A DNA stretch of 62,824 bases, the filler included, from Choristocarpus tenellus KU-1152 (taxonomy: Eukaryota; Protista; Phaeophyceae), in the NCBI GenBank assembly GCA_964200185.2. It is 8 parts of 8 records of this genome, joined end to end, with 100 filler letters (N's around TTAATTAATTAA, not from the genome) between each part and the next. Parts side by side here need not be neighbours in the genome. Positions count along the whole stretch, not along the records: positions 41,810 to 59,687 come from CAXNAD020000615.1; positions 59,788 to 62,824 come from CAXNAD020022777.1; 6 more parts are not named here. One strand, given 5' to 3'. Position numbers and translations under genes: made by a program. Shown one piece after another: positions 50,801-62,824 of this stretch (positions within the stretch are counted from its first letter, which is position 1; every line of letters begins with the position of its first letter). The notes beneath the pieces are model-generated. The model was not told the origin of the DNA. It saw nothing but the letters and a program-made list of their open reading frames with translations, and searched no databases.

Positions 50801-53800
50801 ACAGTGTTGTGGCACAACTCTTACAATATCGATTTTCACGTAGCTGGCCGACTGACTCAGTGTATCACACAACTATCCTTGGAACCTTTTGGTGTGTCCA
50901 ATGTTCAAAATTACTCCCAGAGTATATATTTTGTTGAAGCTGAGCTGCCTGAGAATATTTCTATTTCTTCCTTTCAATATTCGATGGGTTATATAAATAT
51001 TCTTTTAAGGTAGGGGTGCCCAACAACAGATACACTACCCACAACTTCACATAAAATGATAGCAGTTTTTTTTAATTTAAATACAGTGTTACAAAGAATC
51101 TTGTTATCGCTGGCAATATGTCGAAGCCAATTTGCCGTGCCACTCACCGAGACTGCTGCATTGATCCCGTTCAGGAGGTAGCCATCAGCAAAAATGAGGC
51201 CAAAAGAATCAGCACTGACAAGGAGAATGTTCCACGATCGACTTCCAAATGCACCTTCCGCCATTTCATCAACTTCCACCAAAACTGAGTAGATGGGTGC
51301 TAGGGCATTGAGAGCTTCCGCAACATCGGATGCGTTTGCTGCATGTGAGATCTGGGTGGCATAGAAAAAGGCAACAGTATAGCAAGTGGGGCATGATGTT
51401 GTGGTTGAGAAAAACGTTTGCATATATACAAGTTTATATATTGGTGGGATCAGCTCCCGAGATCGAAAAATAAAATGATGAGATCTAGATCTAAAAAGAA
51501 TAGCAAGTGAAGCTATTGAGGAAAGTAAGGTATACTAGAAAGATGGTAGAGTGTTGAAAGTGGTGCAATAGGCAACCAAAGTACCACTTCAGTTTTTCCG
51601 GAAGAGATTCGTGAGGAAGAGGAGTAGCTAACTACCACACCTGAGAAGACCTGTATCCCATATACTCCAGCACAAAAGATCCATTGATTGTAGAATCAGC
51701 CGATGTGGATATAGTTTGTCGTCGATGCCAATCACATGACGTAACCTAGAGAAAATATTATGGATAGGAAAAAATGAAGGATGTGAAGAAAAGATATAAC
51801 AAGTGAGGAAATTCAACCTTTGAAGGCCAAGGCATATGATTGGAAGTTGCAGATTATAATGTTGTCATCATTATCAAATTTCCGTCCAAGCACATTACTA
51901 TCACATCACTCCAATTTTCTCTTCTAACCCCTCCTCTCCATATGTTTACCATTTCATGTTAACTATTCCATAGTTTCATAAGATGAATGGGCAAACTTTC
52001 TTAGCCAAATGCCACTCTCAGTCTCCTCGGACATTGCAATACCTCCACAGAAGTATCATTAGTTTCCCCCGTTGCACCATCGGTAAGGCCACTACCATCC
52101 ACATCCAAGGAGGGAAGGTCCCCCAAATTGGAGTCAAAGGTGATCACATATTGATATTCTGGCACCATGCCAATTGCGCCATGGCGGAACATTTTGCAGT
52201 CAGACTGCCCAACCCCCTCATAAGGTGCGTCTAGAGTAAGCTTGTATGGGTAAGATGCCTCCATCGCTGACACAGAATAGACCTAACAAAGCAGAAAGGG
52301 GCATCCAGAAGTTACGAGTATGGTTCAAGCATCCAGACTTGATGTGATCTTGGCATGGAACTTCTGAGAAAGTATTATATTGGATCAGCAATCACATTTA
52401 CGTTAGAAGGAATCGAAAATGGTGCCTTCACATGGCATGTAGAATTTTTGTAAGAATTTTCGTAGAATTTTCTGACTTGCTTGAAATCTATGATTATGTC
52501 GAAATTCCTGCATGTAATATCATTGGAATTTATGGTGCAACTTGAAATTTTGGACAGAGGGTGATAGAATGCTGGAATAACTCAAGTATCATAAATTGTT
52601 GTTGTATCATCTATACCCTCAATGCTACTGACTCAGGTTAGTGTCTAGTTGGATATGCTTTTCACCGCTTTGCCCCTTCCTTGGTTTCAAACGCAGGTTC
52701 CAAGTTCATGCTAAGTTTGACAAGCGAACCCAGTCTGTTTTTTCAACTTACAAACCCTTCCATCTGATTGCAGAGACGTAGCCAATCGCCAACCTCAAGC
52801 ACATCAGAGAGATCTGCTGAGGGTGTGACATATGGTGACCCATATATAACTCTTGCAGCGCGGTTGTCAAAGGAGGTTGAGTTGGTACTCGATTTGGTAG
52901 TCACAGTTACCGCGCCTGTGCTGATGAGACCTTCAATAGCAGCCTGTATATGCAATGATATTGAAGTTGGGGGCTGAGTACATGCATTCATCATGGACCA
53001 CTCAAAGGTAAAACCCAAGGTATTTCATACATTGATGGTACACTGACGGATGACAATCTATTTTTTTCTGATACAGAACGAAGATGAGTATTTAATTTTC
53101 ACCTTTGGCTAGTTCTGATGTTGTTGTTTGAGAAAATTTGCTTTGATTGAGAAAATGAATATATATTCACAAACACGGTTTTCAGAATTGTTGCATATAA
53201 TATAAGCAACACCTTTAGAAAGGGTGCTATGGTTGTTAGTGAACCTAATGGATATTTTGAAATTGCACACCTCAATTTCTAGGTATGGCATCATAGACAA
53301 ATATATTATTTGCTTCAGGAGGTAAAAATCTCCGTCTGAGAGTATGGAATCATTATAGGATTGCGAAATGCACCTCCATGGCAACATATTTTTGAGCTAG
53401 AATATTATCTGTGGTGTGTTGTCATTACATGTTTCTAACAATACATGTACCCCATACATATCCTCACCTCCATTGCAGAGAGGCTAGCTCCAGCACTAAT
53501 GTCAACAGTGTGGCCAAGGAATGAGACCGAGAACATTCCTTCAAGGTTTCCCCCACCAGTGGCTTCCACAGTTATTATCTGCACCTCCTTGAGAGGCCCC
53601 TCATAGACACGGTTATCAAACCTTCCAGGACAAGGCATCAAAGCTCAGAACGTTGCAGGGTGTGGGAATTTTGGCAAGACAGAACTATGGCGTTGAATAT
53701 CATTGTTGTCATCAAAAGTTCAGGTACCCCACATACGTTTTTAGGAGGAAGAAAGTGGTCCACATGACCCACTTGTTGGTTTATGCCAAGTATTACCAAA

Positions 53801-56800
53801 TACTCCGGAGTATGAGTAAGTTGAGGGCCCAGAGAGAACCAATCCTGTTGACTCAATAAGAAGTACTACTACTTTCATATGTTGCTCTATTGGTAACAAT
53901 ATCGATCTTCCTCCCATGTTCCCAACCCTGTCATTTGGTACACCATACTGGCAGTGTATTGGATATAAATCCATTAATCCTCCACATATGATCCACCAAA
54001 ATACAACTTTGTAGAACCTATGTCCAGACATAAAAGGGTTTTGGCTCTTCTTACCTGTCCCTTGCCTCAATAGTGAACCAAGTTTTGCTTTCAAAGTAGG
54101 CAGAGCTTAAGCCTGCATGGTCGGCAACTCCATGATTGTCAACTGCTGTGGTATGACTCGATGACACCGGACCAGGGCTTACAAGAGGGGCAAAGGGACT
54201 AACACCATCCTGAGAGGGTGAGCCATCTGTGCTGGGTACACCCCCAGAGAAAACTCGAACAGTTGTGTTGTGTGCGGCAAGAAGTGGTGAGGCTTTCACC
54301 TGCAGGTATTATTGGGATGCGGAACAGAAAAAATATATATGCACAACTACAGGGATAAACTAACAATGCAAGAATGAAAGAAAATAGAATAATGGGTTGC
54401 TCTTTGAGGGATATAGACAAGTTCGATTGATTTTTCGAAATCAACATTCAACATGCAAAATGGAAAAATATTTCTGGGTACCACCAAAGCTCTATACTAT
54501 TATGTGTCTTCAGCACACACTATATCTCATTCTGACACATTGACAGATAAATCCATTATCCAAGTCATAAAATATTACGAATATGTGGAGGCCTGATTCT
54601 TTGCAGAAAAAAAATCTTTTGTTACAAATATAATTCTTAAAGCGATGAATTTTTTCTTGGAGCACACACACACTAGCAAGATTTTGAATTATTGTCAAAC
54701 ATTTCTGCCCATACGCAATAAAATATGACATATTCTAAACTTGGTGCTGCTCGAGATATACTGCATGATGTGCAATCCAATAGGACATATGATCCAAATA
54801 ATGCTAAGAATATATGATGGGTGATACATAGAAATTTATTAATAGAGTACAAACAAAATATTGCATTACGATGCAAAAAACCTAAGATGTAAAGACATTA
54901 TTGAAATTCGGATTATCACAACTTAATTCCACTTCTTTACAAAAAAAACTTAACCATCAAGAGCATGAACAGCCCTTCTTAGTGCTCACCACAATAGTAG
55001 GCATGTCCCCAAAGTTGAGTAGGTGTTCTTTGTCATGCCCCCTCCAGGGTGTAAATTCAATGCTGAACTCGGAACCATAGAACCCAGAAGATGCTACATC
55101 TGCACGAGTCACATTGACAGATCCCACGGTGCTTAAGTCTTCCATGCCACTTTTCACCTCTGAAGATGAGCAATTTACTTTAAGTTTGACAGTGACATGG
55201 CCTCGAAAGGAAAGGGTGAAGAAGCCATCTGCAAGGAGTGTTGAGTTGAACATGGAGCTGGAAGCCACTCGAAGCACCTGAAGTTGTTTGGTAATGGGAA
55301 AGGCACATGACTAAGCCCCTTCCTAATAAGGCGCACACATGGGGCAATAGGATTCCAAGCTGACCAAAGTAGATATGTGGAAAACTAGAGTCAAGGAAGA
55401 ATAATGAGAATTGCACCACACTTGCAAACTTTTTTTTGAGGGTGACACGTCCTGTTATCAAATGGTATTTTTTTGGTCTTGGGGGCATATATCCTTATCT
55501 AGATCCAAGCGTGAAGAAGCGGGAAAACACTTGTCCTTGAGAACCTGTCTGCAGCACCCTCCATATTTCATGGCTTAATATAGGTTGAATTTCAATGGAT
55601 AACACATTGTTAAGGAATAGCTAGGCTGCAATTCCTGAAAATTCGTTTGTCATTTTGCCTGAATCTCGCCCTGGAGAGGACTGGAGCTAGTTTTGATGTG
55701 CTGTGCCTTTCCCTCGGTCAATGTGGTAACGTTTGGTGCAGATATTAGACCCTCCAAGTCACCTGAGAATGCAGATCTGGAAGCTTTAGAGTCAAAGAAG
55801 AGAATGATTATTTTTTCAAACGACGTGTACAGTGTGCATAAAGTGCCCTTTGCACTCGTAGCCATAAGGCTCATAGTATCCTAGAGGGGGGGGTGTTTTA
55901 CCCCTGTGGGTCATTTGGAGCTTGATGAGGTGTTATGAGATACCCTAGGTGAATATCCTTCGAATTTGGTCGAGGCAAGGTGAAGGAATATGAAGCTGGG
56001 TTCGATGAATGGCATTACCTTACATCTGACACGTTAACTAATATGACATGAAATTATTACAGGGTTACACAAGCCCCAAATGAACACCTGCCCCCCCCTC
56101 TCGTGTACTATGAGCATAAAATAATCTACTTCCTGTCCAATATGGTGTTGTTATACTCTTGTGACATCTTTACCCTTTTGCACTCCCTTGACTGTGTGGA
56201 AGTAGTGTATCATTCACACTCAGGCTCTCTGTGATCTATGGGTTAGTTGAGGTAGGCATCAGATCGATCTCTTTTGAAGGAACTCGAGAATGTGCCATTC
56301 TAGCATTGCAGCAACACAACTGTCAAATGCAGTATAATTTTAGCTGTACATGAGAACAATGGTGGAAGTAAGACATTTTCTGCAACCTTGACATACCTGA
56401 GCCAATTCTGATAGCATCTACATTGCCAACAAAAGACAGAAATTCCACCGTGAATTCCCAACCAGGTGTGGGGTCGATCAAATCCCGCTCTACGTTGACA
56501 GTACCAATGCCTTCCAGCTCAGACAAAGCCGCCATCACCGTATTGGCAGACTGCATAGATTAAGCAAACATTGGTTTGTTGTACGTACAATCATTGTAAG
56601 CTTCTTGGGTAGGACAATTGATTAATACTCCAAAGCATGCCCTTTTTGGGTTGTTGTTTTTCTTCATTTCTGCAGTATCGAATACTTGGAGTCATCTGTT
56701 ATAAATCTCCTTTTTGCCACATGATTCGCATTTCCAAGAGTCTACAAATGCAACTATATGACTACTACTCCATTTCTTGATGCACTGAATTAGGAAATTC

Positions 56801-59186
56801 TGGAACATTGTCAACACAAGACGTACTCTAGCTTCAGAACATCAGATTCCTTGCTGGTTTTTTGCCGTAAGTGTGAACATGTACAGCATTTGGTAATGGA
56901 TATTACCATTTGCCTTGTATCCTTCAGTCCTTGATTCATGAGTACTGAATGCCAAAACATTGTTTCAGTAGATCTGGAGAGAATATCGTTTGAATTATGA
57001 AGTACTCAAGATATCTATTCTGCAAACAAGGAATGATGTGTTTTCCCAGAGATTTTACAATCTATGAACAATGTGGAGCAGAGTGTGGAGTACATGGGAG
57101 GATTATGGTTGGCACATATAAAGCGACATGCCTATTATTGAATATTTGCAACACCAGGCATTTTGAAACGTTGATTACATCATACCGCATCATGCGCAAT
57201 TGATCCTGTCTTTTGGGTCCCCAGTTGAATGGTGAAACTTCCGGAAGCAGATGCCAACGAGGAAAATTCCATTCGGAACTTCTGCTTCTCCACTTGTGTA
57301 GACATCAGGACTACCAACACATATCTGTCAAACACGTACCATCATATCAGTATGCAATGTCAGCGGATCACTGTTCATTGAATGTAGCAGCAATTATTTT
57401 TTACAACAGTGTTGCATATACTATATGGTAGTCCAACAATCATGAGAGAGAGGTACAAGCTGTGAGCAAGGTATCAGTACAAACCAAATCACATCAGGTT
57501 ATTAACGTCACCATATTGATAACCTCCATCACAAGATATTTGAATGGACATGCGATCATATACAACAACAGTCCATTGAAGACCTTGGATGTAAGTGATT
57601 CTACCTTCCCTTCTCCAAAGCTTGACCAAATATTGATCCTGTTGGTCATGATCTTCCAAGAAAACACATTAGTTTGAGGCAAAGTAGTCAGTCCTTATGA
57701 TTTGTCTCCTCTACCACTATACGAACAAGGTTCAATGCTTGCTGTCACAAGCCTTCACAAATCCTAATGTGCAATACATAGAGATACCACAAGTAAAATA
57801 TACTCATGAAAAAATCATGATCTATTCTGTTGCATCCAACGCATGCTGAGACCTTGTTGCTCTCACTGACACCATCAATGCACAAAAGCAACAGAACAAT
57901 TACCAACAGATAAGTAATTTCACCTGTCAGCATAGGTTGGTTTGTAGGATACATTGAAAGCTCCGTCCCCCACTGAAGAGATATTTCCGTATACCACTGA
58001 CACTTCTTCTGGGTCAGCATCAGGTGCAAAAGCTGCCATCATGATGGAAGGACTCGCCTGCCAGGTAATGCATGCCTATGAGGAATATTGACTAAGATGC
58101 TCATGTGGAGAGCTTGTATCGGTAGTGGAATTATATCTCCTTAGAAACATTGATGCAAACAATCCTGGGGGATACAACTCACTAGCATTGGTCAGTGCCC
58201 GTGATAAATTGTCAAAATGTTACAAAAAAGAAAAGAGTAGTGCAGGAATACTGCTTAAATGCTCGCTCGCCAACAAATGCTCAAAGACATTTCTCCATTG
58301 ACAATTCCCTATCTCTGCCGAATTCCATACCATTATGAAAAATGGAGACTGAGCTACATTGACACTCATCACCTGAGATCCCAGACGGTTGTTCCCATAT
58401 GCATCTTTCGATTGCACTGTAAAACTAGATATTTCGCCAGCAGTGGTCTCATATAAGCCTCTCCCCCAAGCTGTTGTTTGTGCTGCATCTGCATCATTAG
58501 GAACCACCAGCGCCTTCCAGGAAACAAAAATAGGAACTTTAATATGCAATATTGATTGCGTTGTAACCAACCAAGAAAGTGGCATTCTTCAATCACTGTG
58601 TGTGCACTGAGCAAGAGCTGTCCTTGTACTACAAATGCTTATCCTTTTTCTGAATGATAAACTCTCAGTCCTGGTAGAAGAAAGACCCCTACCTATAACT
58701 GAAAATAGGTCGACCCATTCTTACAAAAATGGACAAGTAGCAATACTCCAATTCATGATAATAGAGTTCCTTTCATACTCTATCTGTTGGCACCCTGCTA
58801 TACATGTATCTAGATACAAGACGATGGAAATCCACAGGTTGATAATGGAGTTCAACTAGAAGATCATCTAATAATTACCTCTACTGGAGACCCTGTAACG
58901 TCCAATGCATGCGATCCCTGTGTTGTCTCTGTCACTTGGACTTGAGCCCCGTTCCCTCGTAGGCCATTGACATCTACTGAGAGTAGTGGGACATCACCAA
59001 GCATGGCACCAAAGGTGACTAACCAGGAACACGACACCTCTGGAGTGGTGCAGTTATCCAAAGAGACGGTGATGTTGCCGGTGGCAAGGGAACTCAAATT
59101 TCCTAGAGCAGAACCCACTTCAGATGCAGTGGCATCGTATGCAAGAGAGTGGGTGATCTCACTCTCATAGGCAAGAGTAAAATTAC
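41891..59186 (-). CDS. Internal part of a giant 'titin-like' repeat protein (fibronectin type III, filamin-type Ig, PA14 and EVQ-type repeats); roughly 30 exons; both ends missing
   Basis: Fn3 (PPADGGSTVTKYKIEWD, GQPYYVRIFSYNTEG, YYFRVRAVNSVGEG). Filamin-type (TTAWGRGLYETTAGEISSFTVQSKDAYGN, GDGVYSAMY, VDDSPFKV). PA14 (GEYFNNRW...RVDPIIDFTW...SVRWTGYIQP...EFRENYGAALARLLWRS...VIPSNRL). Repeated EVQ...G.F.LSF.G...ALE.L..I..V.V units. Exons are flanked by splice signals. Confidence 0.88.
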
Positions 59187-59637
59187 CTGCAAGAACGAGG
59201 TTAAGCAGGGATGAAGGAGTTTCTTAGGGGAGAGTGACTACATAATATTACAAACAGGGCAACTTACTTCATGTTTGGGAATACAAGCAGGTGATTTCAC
59301 TTCATTGATGAGGGAAATTACCTGATAAGAATGGAGTCAAGTACTCAGCAATTTGTACTGACAGAACGACCATCGTTGGAAATGCAAATAGGGTTATGCG
59401 TTGGTACTACAAATGTAGTAAAACAATATCCAAGAGAAGTTACACAAGAATGGGCATTGACAAGGGACTGCCTGGAATGTATGCTGTGGCTGATTCATAT
59501 GGTGCATGATGAATAGAGTCAATAGAGGCTTTCCTCACCTTCCAAGTGCTATGCACTAACATTAGCAAAGCAAATTGATTCATAGAGCAGTAGATTGCTC
59601 TTTGGCAGAGCTGATGCAATATACCCACGGTCCAATA

Positions 59638-59687
59638 GAGTGAAAGTATCTTAGAGGGTACGAGTTTTGCCCTGTTTGTCCATTTGG
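59638..59687 (-). mobile_element. MITE family A terminus at contig end
   Basis: GAGTGAAAGTATCTTAGAGGGTACGAGTTTTGCCCTGTTTGTCCATTTGG. Confidence 0.9.
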
Positions 59688-60160
59688 NNNNNNNNNNNNN
59701 NNNNNNNNNNNNNNNNNNNNNNNNNNNNNNNTTAATTAATTAANNNNNNNNNNNNNNNNNNNNNNNNNNNNNNNNNNNNNNNNNNNNGGGGGGCATTCAA
59801 TAGGCCCAAGTACACTCAAATCACACTCCATCTACAATACACTCCTACACCCTTTTGCTGCTACTGTGGTTAAGTAAATCCTGCCAATATATATGACTAA
59901 TATTAACTATTATTAACAACCACAGACTCTGTCCCAGTACATAAAGAAACTGGAACACTCTAGACCATTTTTTATATATTACTTTTTTTTCCTTTTAGGG
60001 TTAGGGAAACACCCCAACTCGAGGTCAGAGAGAGGCACCACACATTATACTATCCATCACACTACCTATTACTGTAACTAACTAACTAACTAACTAACTA
60101 CTTGCTTGTTTGTTTGTGACTTACTTCTCTTGTGCAGGGTTTCCTTTCCTTTCCTCTTAC

Positions 60161-61857
60161 CTGAGGCTGTTCTCCTTTGGGAGGTAGGTAGGCTACAATT
60201 GTCCCATCGCTCTTTCCATAATCCTGATTTCATCAAAACAAACACAGCAAAGATCAGTATATAGAATTGAATATATTTGATTATATATTTCCGAGGCAAT
60301 CAATCAAAATAATCAAATTAGTCACACAAGAGGAGGGGGGAGGGGGGGGGGGGGGGAAAGGGGAATGGAGAGCGGGAGAACAAAAGTCTGAAATCCAGTC
60401 ACCTCAGGANNNNNNNNNNAAATAAAAAAAATAAGTAAGATGACGATGGGGGGGGGGGGGGGGGGGGGGGGGGGGGAGCAAGGTGAATGCAGTCACGATA
60501 CACATTTTTATTTTTACATTTTTTCATTATTAACACAAAAAACCTTATGACTCTAGCTAATGCAAGGACACCCCTCCCCCCAAATATTATCAAGACAAGA
60601 TAATAATAATAATAATAATGATGATGTGATTGAGGGGATGGTGGCAGGTTTCAGTTTGAATCGCTCCTTCTGGCGAAAGCATTTAGTTGTATGAAATTAC
60701 ACAAAAAAACTAACGAGCATCCCTCACAAAAACCGGTCATGTCACAGTCAAATAAAAAAAAAGTTTTGTTGACAAAATACACAAAATACACAAAATGCCC
60801 AATAAATCACAATAAATTCAACCAAGAGGGTATTCTGATTTTGACTACTAACTAATGTTATACCCCCAAAGCAAAATACAACAAAAAAAAGCAATGTCAT
60901 AAAATTTACCCTCCAAACATAAAAAAGAAATCTACTACAGGGTACTTTGAGGTGAAAAAATAAAATAAGACAAAATAAGAATTCCTCACCTTGAAGAATC
61001 TACGACAACGCCTCCCTATCTCAGGATGAGCATCAGGACTGAAGTTCCATCCCTTAGCCTCCAACTCTGACACAATTGGGATGTTGATGGATGCACCCAC
61101 AACAATTTTCTTAGCACATCAATATAGTGGAGATAAAAGCCCCATTATATACTGCTGACTGTTGCTCTTCTAATGAAAATAAAAATGAAAAAATTAATGG
61201 AGAAAAATGAAGCAATTTTATTTTTCTATGTAGACTATACTAAAAACGTGCTATCACTAAGGAGGTAGAGAGTGCCCCCCCCAAAATCAATGCCCTAACC
61301 TTAACTCTCACTAACCCTAATAACAATTCATATCTCCAACCCTAACTCTAAACCTTCACATCCCTTCCCCTGGTACTAACCCTAACCCTAACCCTAATAA
61401 CATATCCTTAACCCTAACCCTAATAACATATCCTTAACCCTAACCCTAACATTGACAAAACTGTCCCCTATTTTAGTACATGGTGTCATATCACCATTAA
61501 GACCTGCAAGGAGGAGTCTACTATAAAATCGGAACAATTGATGTAACTGTAAAAGCAGAACAATTGATGTAACTGTAAAATCAGAACAATTGATGTAACT
61601 ATAAAATCGGAACAATTGATGTAACTGTAAAATAAGAACAATTGATGTAACTGTAAAATCAGAACCCATCAGACTGTTCTTGTCCGTTCTCACCCATTCG
61701 GCCTCCTTCTGTCTTGTCCTCTCCTTCTTGAAGTCCATGAAGGGTCTCTTCCAGCTCTAACATCGCCTCCCTGAGGTCTGAAACTCCACTTGCATCTTTC
61801 ACCAGGCGGAGCCACACACCTCTTGGGCTGTTGGCCATAGTCCCTCTGGTATACTCC
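60161..61857 (-). CDS. Partial gene, probable chromatin-associated protein (WHIM-like helix followed by a Tudor-like domain)
   Basis: Phase-compatible GT-AG exons 61694-61857, 60990-61066 and 60161-60223 give ...WLRLVKDASGVSDLREAMLELEETL...GWNFSPDAHPEIGRRCRRFFKDYGKSDGTIVAYLPP. Domain call by resemblance only. Confidence 0.6.
61292..61450. repeat. Intronic telomere-like (CCCTAA)n tract, degenerate
   Basis: Multiple TAACCC units interleaved with duplicated TAATAACATATCCT. Confidence 0.85.
61521..61665. repeat. 26-bp minisatellite, ~5.5 copies
   Basis: Unit CT(A/G)TAAAATC(A/G)GAACAATTGATGTAA. Confidence 0.95.
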
Positions 61858-62824
61858 CTACAATACCACAACAAGAAAACAAAGGTATAAATAAAAAAAG
61901 GTAACAATAAAGTTGATGACAAAGATAACTATAAAGGGAAAAATTGCCTGCCCTTGGTTCTCAATTATTTATGTATCATGTGGAATGTAGGAAGATAACC
62001 CCCCCCCCAATATACACCTTGCAGAAGGTGCTCAATGATTTTTTTTTGTTGAATATCTTTCTCATACTTAACAAATATGATAGTATCTTTGTAGGTCATA
62101 AATCAAGAGCACCATTAAATTAGATTACTATACAGTAAGTACAATCGAGTTGTATCCTCCTCAAAACCCTTCCATGGATGTATCACTCTAGACATAGATA
62201 CAATAACATAATAAATAACCAAATAGTATTATACAAACAACTCATACAAATATTTATAACCATATTCCTAGCTCAATAGTCAACTCAAGTCCAGCACTCC
62301 TGTAAGAACAAGTATGCTTGGGTTCACCCCTGTTCAAAACCCAACACCAGATTTAATTTTAGGAAAACCTTTGTATTTCGATGATCCAGACCTTCCATTG
62401 CAAGCGCTATCCACACTGATTGTACACCTGCACTGTACCATGTACTAGTACTGCTTGCATAGAGGGAGGATGTGCACTCAAAACAAAGACAAGACCAGAG
62501 GACTAGAGAGATGGCTGAACCCAACACATGAGAAACAACCAAGGATCAAACAGAGGAAGCTAAGTAAGTGATACATGATACATGATATATGATATACCTA
62601 CATGATACGTAATGGAATCGCTTGTTTGAGTGTTTCAAAGACACTTACTAGTGCCTCTGACCATGGGTTAGGGACACTGCGGATAAAGCCAAATGGTCCC
62701 AAAAATAAAAATCATAGTATTAAAAAAAACAAAAAATGTCTTTTGGTGCACCCCCCCCCCCCCCCAAAAAAAAAAAAAAAAATTACTGACTTCAAAGTTT
62801 GACTACAAAAATGACCCATACAAA

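Noticed and set aside
4656-59787. Repeated TTAATTAATTAA palindrome between N runs, and apparent gene neighbourhoods across these points
   Set aside because: Artificial six-frame-stop contig spacer; adjacency across spacers has no biological meaning.
61521-61665. CRISPR-like appearance of 26-bp repeats
   Set aside because: Head-to-tail units without unique spacers, inside a eukaryotic intron; it is a minisatellite.
91-62802. Most short ORFs in the six-frame track
   Set aside because: They are antisense or off-frame shadows of exons, translations of MITEs (e.g. QSILEG..., HPLPDTL...), or chance ORFs in introns.

Overview
Eukaryotic, intron-rich genomic DNA. It is most consistent with a photosynthetic stramenopile such as a brown alga, inferred from gene content, GT-AG introns, TTAGGG-type repeats and an RTE-type LINE. 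The window is not one locus: it is 8 contigs joined by artificial 100-nt spacers (N44-TTAATTAATTAA-N44). Complete host genes are an 8-exon type II glutamine synthetase (1697-4312, minus) and a 2-exon LYR-motif protein. Partial host genes are a UBZ zinc-finger gene, a RanBP9/10-like SPRY-LisH gene, a >17 kb part of a giant Fn3/filamin/PA14 repeat protein with at least two GC-AG introns, and a Tudor-like chromatin-protein fragment. The rest is transposon-rich. Two related, abundant MITE families share bipartite TIRs and 4-bp TSDs (Sola2-like; about 17 full or partial copies). There is also a 162-bp palindromic MITE, and an internally deleted pogo-like element whose intact ORF fuses a PHD-like finger to a PIP-box tail. 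Other elements are an older long-TIR element, chromodomain Ty3/Gypsy remnants and LINE remnants. An intronless ~570-codon orphan ORF can be restored by removing two MITEs and correcting one frameshift.
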